The translations under genes and the position numbers were made by a program. Shown in pieces: positions 53,764-64,000 of a stretch of 64,000 nt of DNA; the stretch's first letter is position 1, and the number at the start of each line of letters is the position of its first letter. Source of the stretch: Hormiphora californensis (taxonomy: Eukaryota > Animalia > Ctenophora). The stretch lies in assembly GCA_020137815.1 (NCBI GenBank), contig CM035357.1, positions 3,286,001 through 3,350,000 of the forward strand. The letters are read 5' to 3'. The notes beneath the pieces were generated by a model, which made no database searches, was not told the DNA's origin, and saw nothing but the letters and a program-made list of their open reading frames with translations.

Positions 53764-54208
53764 CCATGCCTGATAGTACCCAGAGGAGGGAGATGGCTGA
53801 AAGAGGGAGACTGAGAGTGGTTTTCCATCTGAAATCTTACTCTTGAATGGGTCTGAATGTTTACAATCCCACATTGCTTTTACGCTGCTTTATGCTGTAC
53901 TTCGTGTCATGTTGATATTTAGAAAATCAGGGTGTTGATTGATTGTGATGTTGATATTTTGTTGAGTAATATTTGATGTTTATATTAGGAACTGTCAGTT
54001 GTGTACATTTGGGCAATATGTGGGTCATGCAAACAGCTGGCCAGTGAATGGAGGTAGAGACGAAGGGTTTCTCTCGCCTTTTTAGTCTGAATTTTGGTTG
54101 AAATCTACAGTCCCTCCAAATACCCCGATAACAAAACTCCTTCCTTTCAGCGTGTTATTTCCAATTCTGATTATTGCTCTCACACCCCCATTTCCCTTGT
54201 TCTAGGAC

Positions 54209-56716
54209 ATGACAAAACAGCCGGGAGGCCCACCCGCTGGCATGATCACACCCTTCATCAAGGTGTCCTTCGAGGAGGAGAGGTATAAGAAACATGTTAG
54301 CAGTGAGACTGAGGCAGATCCTTGGCTGGGGGCCAGCAAGGATACCCAGGGGTTCTTTGATGCTGTTAGTTCGCCTTCCAAACTAAAGGAGGGTGATCAT
54401 ATAGGTGATAAAGAGAATAATGATACCAGGAACCAGGCGGAGAAGATCGATGAGATGATATCTAACTTGGTTGACGAGGAGTCGGCTCCTTCTGAGTTCA
54501 AATCAGACCCACCGAAATCCCCTACTGCTACAGACACTGAAGCCTCGCCCGCCGATCTTCCCTATGAGATTGAGACAACAAAAGATGCTCTTCCATTTCC
54601 CTCTGAAACAACAAAAGATGGTCTTCCCTCTGAGGTTGAGACTACGAAAGATGCTCTTCGCTCTGAGTCAACAAAAGAGAAACTCCCTCTGAATGAAGAG
54701 GAAACTCCTCTCCTTCACTGCGAGGAGAAAGGCACCGAACAGTTACCTACTATTGATCCAGGGTACTCCGTAACAGAGGAACCAGTAGATTTCAGCTCAA
54801 CTTTGAAGGTAGAAGGAACACCTGAAAAGAATTCTGTTTTAAAAGATCTGAATGTCAGTGAAATCAGAAAGTCCATTGACAAACGGCTGTTCCATGTCAG
54901 TGAGAATGGGCTGGGAAAACTTCGAGAAAATATGAAGAGTATCGATATCAGTAAACTACCAGTCGAGCCAGAGGACCCGATTGAGAAAGGATCACCGAAA
55001 GTTTCGCGAAAGAAGATTCGGGATACTACACGGACAAGGCTTGTTCAGTACCCGAAAATCTCTCTAGCAGAAAGTCTACCTCCTAATTTCGCTATGGGAG
55101 GGATGGAGTTGAATGTCTCGAAAACAGAGGAATTTTTCACTATTATCACCCCTGAGGATGCGATACGAATGGAGAAGGAGGAGAAAGCGAGGGAGGAAAA
55201 ACAAAAGTGGGCGGAAGAGCTGAAAAAGAGGAGGATGGAAGAGCGGGAGAAACGGAAGATAGTGGAAAAGATGAAGAGAGCCGATGAGAAAAACAAGAAG
55301 TTTGAAAAGTTCATGGCAGACCGAGAGAAAAACCTAAAACGAGACATTGAGAGGAAAAAACAGAAAGAGAAACTGGAGGAAGAGGAAATGGAGAAAGAAC
55401 TGGAACTAGAGCAACCTATAGACACAACTACGGAGAGAGAACTAACGGGCTTTGGGAACGAGTATAGACTTCGGGAAGTTATCGAGACTCGGATGACAAC
55501 AAAAAGAAAGAGCATTGGACAGACAACGAAGCAGGGACATTCAGGCACTTTCTCGAATCGGGATCAGGCAAATTTCAAAGATATTTGGACAAAGGATGTT
55601 ACCAGCGCCCCCCTTGACGTTGAACCTCCCTTACTTTCGGACGGGGAAGAACCTGATGATGATGATAACACGGGTAACCATGGTAACAAGGATAACCACG
55701 GTAACAGGGATAACACCGATAAGAAGGGACATTCTAGGAAGCGGGCCCGGAAATCCGTCAAACCGTGGAAGGATCGAGCGGTAATCCTGGAATCTGTTAG
55801 AGTTGATGAGTCCCCCTTTGATTTTATTGAGGAGGTGGAAGGCCAGGAGGACAGACGGACGACTATACCTGCCGGTAAAGCTCTCACTACGGGAGGTAGA
55901 CGTCCTGTTATCCAGCTCCAGAAACAGAAACTCGACCCGGAGGTGATCAACAAAACTCGGGAAAAGAGGAGGCGTTCTTCATCTAGCGGAGACCAGACCA
56001 GGAGGCGTTCGTCATCTAGTGGGGAAGGTTACTGGCAGGAGGTGGATGCACCTCTGCAGTTTGGAGGGTTCTGGACAGAACGAGGGAAAAACCTAAAACG
56101 AGAATCTGAGATGAAAAAACGGAAATATATAAAAGAGAAACTGGAAGAAGAGAGAAAACGGAAACTGAAAGATGTGGTTGAATTCGTCGAACAAAACCAA
56201 GATAACATCTCATTCCCTTCCTATAAAGCAGCCCTTCGATTTGCCGCCACACCATCACTATCAGCATCAAACTCTGAACAACAAGAACAACAAGACGATA
56301 ACTTTGCGCCACCGGAAGTTCCAGAAACACCAGCTCCTGCTCCTCTTGACCCTCGACCAGCATCACCACCCAACGTTGTACCGTCATCATCCACCATTGT
56401 ACCATCACCATCCACCATTGTACCATCACCATCGAACATTATGACGTCATCATCCAACGTTGTTCCGTCATCATCCAACGTTGTGCCGCCATCGTCTTCT
56501 TCAGGAAAAGTAACGCGAAGATCAAAATCAATTCGACCACTTCGAAAAAGCTCTAAGTCTAATAAAGCTAATGCAGTTGTCATCTCGCAAATCCATGATG
56601 TAAAGAAGGACATGTTACAATTTCAGCACAATTTGTACCAGATAATCCGGGGTGTTCACTCGAGTATTCGGCGGATTGAGGAGTTGGAAGAGGTCGTCCG
56701 GGGCCGGGCTGATTGA
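54209..56716 (+). CDS. Uncharacterised 835-aa low-complexity/coiled-coil protein (intronless)
   Basis: Long ORF starting just after the acceptor cttgttctag; internal repeats (ETTKD, VPSSS); no domain recognised. Confidence 0.7.
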   Translation: MTKQPGGPPAGMITPFIKVSFEEERYKKHVSSETEADPWLGASKDTQGFFDAVSSPSKLKEGDHIGDKENNDTRNQAEKIDEMISNLVDEESAPSEFKSDPPKSPTATDTEASPADLPYEIETTKDALPFPSETTKDGLPSEVETTKDALRSESTKEKLPLNEEETPLLHCEEKGTEQLPTIDPGYSVTEEPVDFSSTLKVEGTPEKNSVLKDLNVSEIRKSIDKRLFHVSENGLGKLRENMKSIDISKLPVEPEDPIEKGSPKVSRKKIRDTTRTRLVQYPKISLAESLPPNFAMGGMELNVSKTEEFFTIITPEDAIRMEKEEKAREEKQKWAEELKKRRMEEREKRKIVEKMKRADEKNKKFEKFMADREKNLKRDIERKKQKEKLEEEEMEKELELEQPIDTTTERELTGFGNEYRLREVIETRMTTKRKSIGQTTKQGHSGTFSNRDQANFKDIWTKDVTSAPLDVEPPLLSDGEEPDDDDNTGNHGNKDNHGNRDNTDKKGHSRKRARKSVKPWKDRAVILESVRVDESPFDFIEEVEGQEDRRTTIPAGKALTTGGRRPVIQLQKQKLDPEVINKTREKRRRSSSSGDQTRRRSSSSGEGYWQEVDAPLQFGGFWTERGKNLKRESEMKKRKYIKEKLEEERKRKLKDVVEFVEQNQDNISFPSYKAALRFAATPSLSASNSEQQEQQDDNFAPPEVPETPAPAPLDPRPASPPNVVPSSSTIVPSPSTIVPSPSNIMTSSSNVVPSSSNVVPPSSSSGKVTRRSKSIRPLRKSSKSNKANAVVISQIHDVKKDMLQFQHNLYQIIRGVHSSIRRIEELEEVVRGRAD

Positions 56717-57721
56717 GACTTATTGTTATATATTCATTATATTCCTGAATTTTTAACCATCTCAAGTGTTGGAGAGATAGAATATGCTGGAATAGTGAGA
56801 ATTTCAGAGAAATTAAGAGAGCAAGTTTTCTCAGAATTCTCCCCATTGTTCTGGATAAGAAATGACCTGCTTTCTCTTTCCAAGCTGCATTTTACAAATC
56901 CCAAGTGTATATTTGTCCGGCACCACCTAGTTTATGTCCCAGTAGATGTTTTTTATTTGTTAAATGAGCACTCAAGCATTTTATATCTTATCAAATAATA
57001 TTCGGCATAAATAATTATCGCATTCGACGAAAATACACGAACAAATAGAATAGTGATAAGAAGAAGAGAGGAAGAATGATAGAAAGATAGAAGGTACCAA
57101 GTTTTTTATCAACAGTTGAGGTGTCTTATGTTACAGACCCCTCTCACTCTCTCGTGTTACTAGCAAACCCTCTCAAGTTTGACAAATGTCTTTGGTACTA
57201 CTCCTGCTGAAATGTATGTGTTTGCTTGGTTGTATTTTCTCCGATATTTCCCAGTATATTAAATCCAATTGTTTTAATTTTCTCTGAGTCGTGTTTTGTT
57301 TATTCCACACCCTGCCCAACTCGAATCTATCCTCTTTGTCATCTTCTTTGATCCCCACTCCCCAGTCCCATATCTATATGCGAGGACCCCTCCCAGCCCC
57401 GTCATCTCCCTTTCTAGACCCCATTTTATGACAGGATCCACTCCTCCTCTCCTTTCTAGCTCCCAAATGTCAGGACTAATCTCACCCATCCTCTCCCTGT
57501 TTAGCACCCAAAAGTCAGGACCCCCTCTCCTCCACCCCATATTAATTAACCCCTCTGATCTCATCTCTAGCCACCATATGTCAGGACCCATCTCTCCTCC
57601 ACTCCATATTAATTAACTCCTCTGATCTCATCTCTAGCCCCCATATGTCAGGACCATCTCTCCTCCACTCCATATTAATTAACCCCTCTGATCTCATCTC
57701 TAGCCCCCATATGTCAGGACC

Positions 57722-57838
57722 ATGGAGTTGGTGGAGGTGTCGGAAAGACAACGCCGCAAATATATCCTTGGAATCGGTAATGACAGGGGCTGTCTGTTTT
57801 GTTTGTTTGTTTGTTTGTTTGTTTGTTTGTTAATTGTT

Positions 57839-57873
<35 letters not shown>

Positions 57874-60173
57874 TTTGTTTTGTTTTGTTTTGTTTGTTTG
57901 TTTGACTTTTTTCATTTTGTTTGTTCTGGAAGATCTGTCTGTGTTTCTGTTTTTTGTCATGCAGGATTCAGGCCCCCTATCTTTCTCTCACCATGACCCC
58001 ATCTCTCTCACACCCTCTCTCTCCCCATCCATATTCCTCTCTCTAGTCTCTAACACCCTCTCTCCCCACTCCTCACACACCCTCTCTCCCCACACAGGCC
58101 TCATAATCCTGGTGGTGCTATGCTGGGTTGGAGGAGACGAACTCACCCAGCTGTTATTCAGCAAGGAACACTACGATAAACCCTTCGCTCTGGTCTACTT
58201 CAAATCCGCTATGTTCATGTTGTATCTTGTCAAGTTGCTAAAGTTCATCCCGGAGTTTTTTAAGAAGTACTTGAACAACAAACGGAGTGCTAGTGATCTT
58301 CTTGGACCATCAAGTTATGAGAGGTGAGAAAACAGCTATTACATCTCCCCCCTTCGGTTCAGTGGAATGTTCCCCCTAGTCGCCCTATTATTCTAACCCT
58401 GTATCATGAACCCCCTACCTCAATCTAAATCCCAACCTCCCTCCTCCATGCCTCCAATCCCCTCCAATCATAAGCCATCCTCCCACTTTCAACAAACATC
58501 CCTCTCCCCTGCCAGGTTAGAGAAAAGTGATCCCCTTTCACTAAACCTCACTCCTTGCCCAGGTTAGAGTACGAGAAGAGTGACGACGATGGCAGTGAGA
58601 TGACAGATAGAGAAGAAGAGGATGAGGATGATATGATGACTGGTAGTGGGGAGAGTGATCCTATGCTAGGTGATGAGGTTCTAATCAGCTCCCAAGATAT
58701 CAGGTAATTAACAGCTACCGAAATTACCTCGAAATTACCCCGAAGTGAGCCCAGATTTACAGTCCTATGGGCTATGTCCGGATCGACCCCGATGGTCCTA
58801 AGTCATACTTCTGCTTTTCTATTCAAATGATTACCTCTCTCTTCTCCTCCTCACACTTTGTTTCTCCCCTCAGGGATTTGAACAGTCCGTTGAAGCCCAA
58901 GAAAAGTGCCCTGAAGCACCGCATGGCAAACCCCGCCGGTTCCAGCACCAATTCCTTCCTCACCGCCAACTCAAACGAAAACATCTCAGCTGGGGACGCT
59001 TTGGAGCAGTCAACATCTCGTCGGATCAAATTCAGGAGTGTCGCTGAGGTGAGGTGTCTTGCCTCACATGATCTTAATCTACAACGAGAAGCGAGGAGAC
59101 CATTCAACCACCGCGGGACTGACTCAACCAAACTGACGACTAGGGAACACATCAGGACTGCCATCTTTTTCTCCTTTCTCTGGTTCGTGGGGAACTACCT
59201 GAACGCTCTGGCTCTTGAAAAGACGACCTTATCAAACGTGGAAGTCCTCTCCGCTACCTCCAGTGTGTTTGTCCTCGTTCTCTCGGCGGCATTTCCAGTT
59301 GGTGAACAAGACAGGATATCCCTCACCAAGTTCCTGCTGGTGCTGATTAATGTAGCGGGTGTGGTGGTGTTGTGTTTCCAGAGGGAGGACACCAGTGGAC
59401 CGCCCACAACTGCTCCACCCACCCACCAGGACTGGAATAACATGATGATGCAACCTGGTGGTGACGTCACGGGAAACAATGACGTCACTAATGACCTAGT
59501 GGATGAGACTGGTTACAACTCAATGATTGGGATTCTCTTCGCCATAGCCAGTTCCATGATATACGCCGTCTACATGGTGTACTTCCGACGAGTTGCCGGG
59601 TCGGAGGATGGTTCTGATGACAAGGTTGATATTGTCCTCTTTTTTGGGACTGTCGGCTTCTTCTCCGCCCTCTTCCTCCTCCCCCTGTTCCCCATCCTCC
59701 ATTTCGCCGAGATTGAAGATTTCAAGTGGCCCACTGGCACGGAGCTAAAGTTTCTTGTTCTTACTGCTCTACTTGGTACCGTGATATCTGATATGTTATG
59801 GTTGTGGTCATCTCTCCTCACATCGTCTCTCGTAGCAACCATCGGACTCGCTCTCACCTCCCCTGTGTCCATCCTTGTCGATATAATGGTTAACAAGCGA
59901 CACTTCAACTTTGTCTTCTTCCTTGGAACAGTCTGCATTTTTATCAGTTATGTCTGTTTGAACTTACTAAACTTTGTTCGGAACTCTGACCCCGTAAGTA
60001 CGTGCCTGGCCGAGGTGTACCGAGTGATATCCTGTCGGATGGGCAGTTTTAGAAGTGCTAGTGATGTAGCTGCTGCTGCTGAGGTAACTGGGTTACTGGA
60101 TACCAGTTGTAGTAGTGATTCCCAACCGGTGGACCTGGAACATGGAAATCAGAGGTCAGCAGTGTCGGCGTAG
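57722..60173 (+). CDS. SLC35F5: Solute carrier family 35 member F5-like (DMT/EamA); exons 57722-57776, 58098-58323, 58563-58703, 58874-60173
   Basis: RRKYILGIGLIILVVLCWVGGDELTQ..YDKPF..KSAMFMLYL, IKFRSVAEVR, FSFLWFVGNY, LSATSSVF, KVDIVLFFGTVG, GTVISDMLWLW, TSSLVATIGL. Confidence 0.88.
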
Positions 60174-60490
60174 TTGTAGTGATTGGAAGACAATATCTAG
60201 CCCAGAATCTCACAAGCTGTAGATAGTGTCTGCACTGGGAGAGCTATGTTTTTGATTTTCTTATCAAATCCAGACTTGTTTCATTGATTGATCCAGTTAA
60301 ATGGACTAAAGTACTGTAAAATGTGAATTATTGTGTATCGCTGATATTACGAGCTGAATATGGCGTGTTTTTAATGTTAGAAACCTTTTAGAATGCCTTC
60401 CCGATATAAGTAGAGGAAGAAGATAGTGCATGTTCCAATTCCATGAAATCAATAATCAATACTATCTTTTAATTTTAGGACCATAACATA

Positions 60491-60636
60491 CAGTCGGACC
60501 CTGATTTACTGGGATGCCATGCTTGGGGGAAACGGTTTTGCCCGGTATATCGGGGTGCCCGGTATATCGGGGTGAAATATTGTTAATTTTATGTTTCGGG
60601 GGAAGTTTATCCTCCCGGTAAATCGGGGTCCGACTG
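60491..60636. mobile_element. Tc1/mariner-pogo-type MITE
   Basis: TA-flanked TIRs cagtcggaccctgatttac / gtaaatcggggtccgactg. Confidence 0.85.
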
Positions 60637-61489
60637 TATTATGCACTGTTGTTTTGTAGTAGACGATGAACAATACAAAACGTACATATAATCATACATG
60701 ATGTGCAAATGATATTTTTTGTTTTTGATTTATTTTTACGCGTGTGTTTGCTGTCAATTGATTACCTCTATCTCTCTCTTTATGTTGTGTAACTTATCTT
60801 AATAATTGTTCCACCGATTTGTTAAATTCGAGAGTTTTTGAGGTTTTTTGACCGCAGTCGAACACGTACCATCATATATCACTTTTAAATCCAGCTACGG
60901 AGCAGGATAGGTTATCCTCATGTAACCCCGTTCTGGCCATTATGGTTCTTGATGAATCACGGACATGTTAAAATCGTTGATATTGATTGATAGAAGAACC
61001 ACGCACGCGTCCGAGAGTACGTGAAAAATTAGTTTCCTGGGTATAATCATCATTCAATATTTTCATAAACCACTGTTTTATGAAATCAGAATCGCAAAAT
61101 CACATACATAGTTCTGGTATTGGTATTTGACAATATTGAATGGAGCATCAACTGCTTGATATATATATCCTTTTTCTCTGTAACTCCCCTCCCCTTCAAC
61201 TATAGCGAGTGGGATAGTGCAAGTTCAAAAAATCACATACTGTGAGCGGTTAGTAACTGCCCATCCCCTTTCAGATCTTGTTATGTGGTTTTTGTAGTTT
61301 ACTAGCAGTCCGATATATCCTCAGACTCTCTCGTTGCGAGGCCGCGACAATTCCACTGAGTCTACTGGACAGTGAGGAATCTGCCACTTTAAATCATGTA
61401 GCACCGGTCCCTAGACTTGCTCCCCCTTTTTTAGCCATGTTTTTGTTCAAGCCCGGTTCAAACCCCCCTTCCTTGGCCTAACATCGCGC

Positions 61490-62113
61490 CTTACCCAGAA
61501 TGTAATTGATGGACCCCTCCCCTCTAAGTCTAACATACTAACATCTCCTAACACCTCACCCCTACCCAGAATGTAATTGATGGACCCCTCCCCTCTAAGT
61601 CTAACATACTAACATCTCCTAACACCTCACCCCTACCCAGAATGTAATTGATGTACTCCGTGTCTAACATACTAACATCTCCTAACACCTCACCCCTACC
61701 CAGAATGTAATTGATGGATCCCTCCCCTCTAAGTCTAACATACTAACATCTCCTAACACCTCACCCCTACCCAGAATATAATTGATGTACCCCTCCCCTC
61801 TAAGTCTAACATACTAACATCTTCTAACACCTCACCCCTACCCAGAATGTAATTGATGGACCCCTCCCCTCTAAGTCTTTCAGTGCTGCTTGTAGTCAAA
61901 TTACCGTAATGAAAATACAGTAAGGAGACGCGCACGGTGTATAACTCGCGGCAAAAAGTTCATGTGTCAGCACGTACTAACGCCCTGATTGGTCACGGTT
62001 AAGCGTCGTCTTACTGTATCTTTCGTTTTCCATTACCGTTTTCCCACTACAAGCGACCGTGTAACATACTAACATCTTCTAACACCTCACCCCTACCCAG
62101 AATGTAATTGATG
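61490..62113. repeat. ~72-bp minisatellite (5-6 units) interrupted by nested small TIR elements (~61888-62054)
   Basis: Repeated tacccagaatgtaattgatggacccctcccctctaagtctaacatactaacatctcctaacacctcaccc; inverted pairs gcttgtagt/actacaagc and tacagtaag/cttactgta. Confidence 0.85.
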
Positions 62114-62546
62114 CACAAGTTGTGAAGCGAGAAACTCCTATCATCATCATTATCATCATCAACACTGCTACTGCATAGATCAAGCCAAGCCAGCTAAATA
62201 TCAAGCCAACATTTGACGACGATCACTCCACATCTGATTTCTGAACCATCACTATCCAGCTCTAAAAAGATTACTATATCCACTCTCTTTCTCTCTCCTT
62301 GTGGACACAATACTTGAACAGCATACTGCCGAGGAGCATCACATCTTCACACACAAACGGTACACACAATTGCACTTCATTTTACCTTATTTGGACATAA
62401 TTACAACCTTCCTTTTATGGGCATAATGCAGGGATCTCTAGTACAGCTGAGAGTTACCCCCACTCACGCTACTCTTTCTCTCTCGCTCACTGACTGTCAC
62501 TCTCTCACTCTACATCTCCCTTTCCCTCTTATTCTCTCTTTCTCTC

Positions 62547-62647
<101 letters not shown>

Positions 62648-63207
62648 TATCCAGTGCACCGCGTGTGTGCAGTAGTCCAGGAGCAATTGACGTTTGCGGA
62701 GTTTCTTTCTTTCCCTCCCTATCCCGGTTTACCATACTCCCTCTTCTCCCGAATTTCTCGATCTATTGTCTCTACTCTCTACGTCTTTCTCTACGGCTCC
62801 CTTTGCTGTCTGGCGGCGCCAGACCCCAATTTGATTCTCAAACAGTGTGCTCAGATGGGTCGCGGCGCCAGACAGTCCCTTTGTGTCCTATTTTATTGTG
62901 TGGGTCACCGTAATTTTATGTGAGGGTTCGAAAGATCAACTATTTAGTTTTAGAAGGGATTTTACTCACGTTCTACTAGAACGTCTTCTAGTTTGGAACG
63001 GGCTAGGAAGGATGATTTGACATGTCGAACTGTGGGCTACTACACTATAGTAGCTGAAAAGTTACTCCGCCGTGAGTAGGATATTGAACAAGGGTCAAAC
63101 GCAGGATGATTTGAAAATCTGAAATTCCCTTCCATGAGTCCAATGGAGATTTAATTGTGCGCCTTTTTTTGAAATAGCTACAAACTCTCTCTCTTTCCCT
63201 CCCTTCT

Positions 63208-63314
<107 letters not shown>

Positions 63315-63385
63315 CTCTCTCTATCTCTCTCTCTCTCCCTGTTTGTCATATGATCCTTGCCATCCGTATGTGATGCCGATGGAAT

Positions 63386-63418
<33 letters not shown>

Positions 63419-64000
63419 AGTGAGAGAGAGAGAAAGAGAGAGAAAGCTGTAGTCACGATCGAGTCTCACACACAACAAATCACATGTGTTTGATTCCTTG
63501 TGACAGCCTATTTTACTGTCATCCCTGGTGCGTGTTTCTTCGTTTTCACTGCTATAACTCATACCATTTGTAAATCTCGAGTAATGCTTGCATGTGCTTT
63601 ATCCAGTTTGTCCAGGTGTTTTGGATTTTTACACATGTTTAGGTTTTTTCTTATCCGTTTTCATGGGATTAGATGTAAAAGGCCGAAGATTTCATGTTCT
63701 AGGCCACATTGTAGCTCTCCAAATACTATGTTACCATGGTAGCCACTCTCTAAAATTCCCATGGTAACAGTAGCTGTGTATCCCAATTAGAGAGTCAACA
63801 ACATGGGCCTAGATTTAGTTGTCGTGCAAGGATCGCGACCCCTTGCTTGGTCGAGATCTACCTCATGGGAGAGAGAGTTTTGAGAGATTTGAGATGTAGG
63901 GTTGCATGTCAAGAATTCTACGTAAATGAAAAGCAGCTGCTTTTTACTTTTGTATCGCCGCTATACCCTTGTGCTCCTTCGTTAAACCGTTCGCGACAGT

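Overview
Eukaryotic (animal) genomic DNA with spliceosomal introns, long (CT/GA)n tracts and dense small transposons. A comb-jelly (Pleurobrachia-like) origin is my inference from the repeat and gene style; it is not proven here. Host genes on the + strand are ABCB10, PUM3, GTF2H3 (6 exons), a thimet oligopeptidase/neurolysin M3 peptidase (12 exons), a low-complexity orphan with a degenerate tandem paralog, and SLC35F5. Three intronless GPCRs are nested in introns. The main feature is a 19.6-kb Ty3/Gypsy LTR element (31624-51216, CGCG target duplication) inside a ~74-nt intron of the peptidase gene. It carries a complete 76-nt antisense tRNA-Thr(TGT) including CCA at the primer-binding site and a frameshifted RT-RNaseH-integrase with no visible gag or protease. 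Downstream it carries a cassette of intact accessory ORFs: a Cid1/Trf4/GLD-2-type terminal nucleotidyltransferase, up to three bZIP-basic-like proteins, and two unrelated envelope proteins in tandem (a class III gB/chuvirus/rhabdovirus-G-like protein and a class I F-like protein with a furin site, fusion peptide and PAN-like insert). Most accessory ORFs, like nearly all host start codons, sit just behind a 3' splice acceptor, suggesting expression by spliced-leader trans-splicing or alternative splicing. All family assignments come from motif reading by eye and no searches were run. The assembly appears to contain uncorrected indels.
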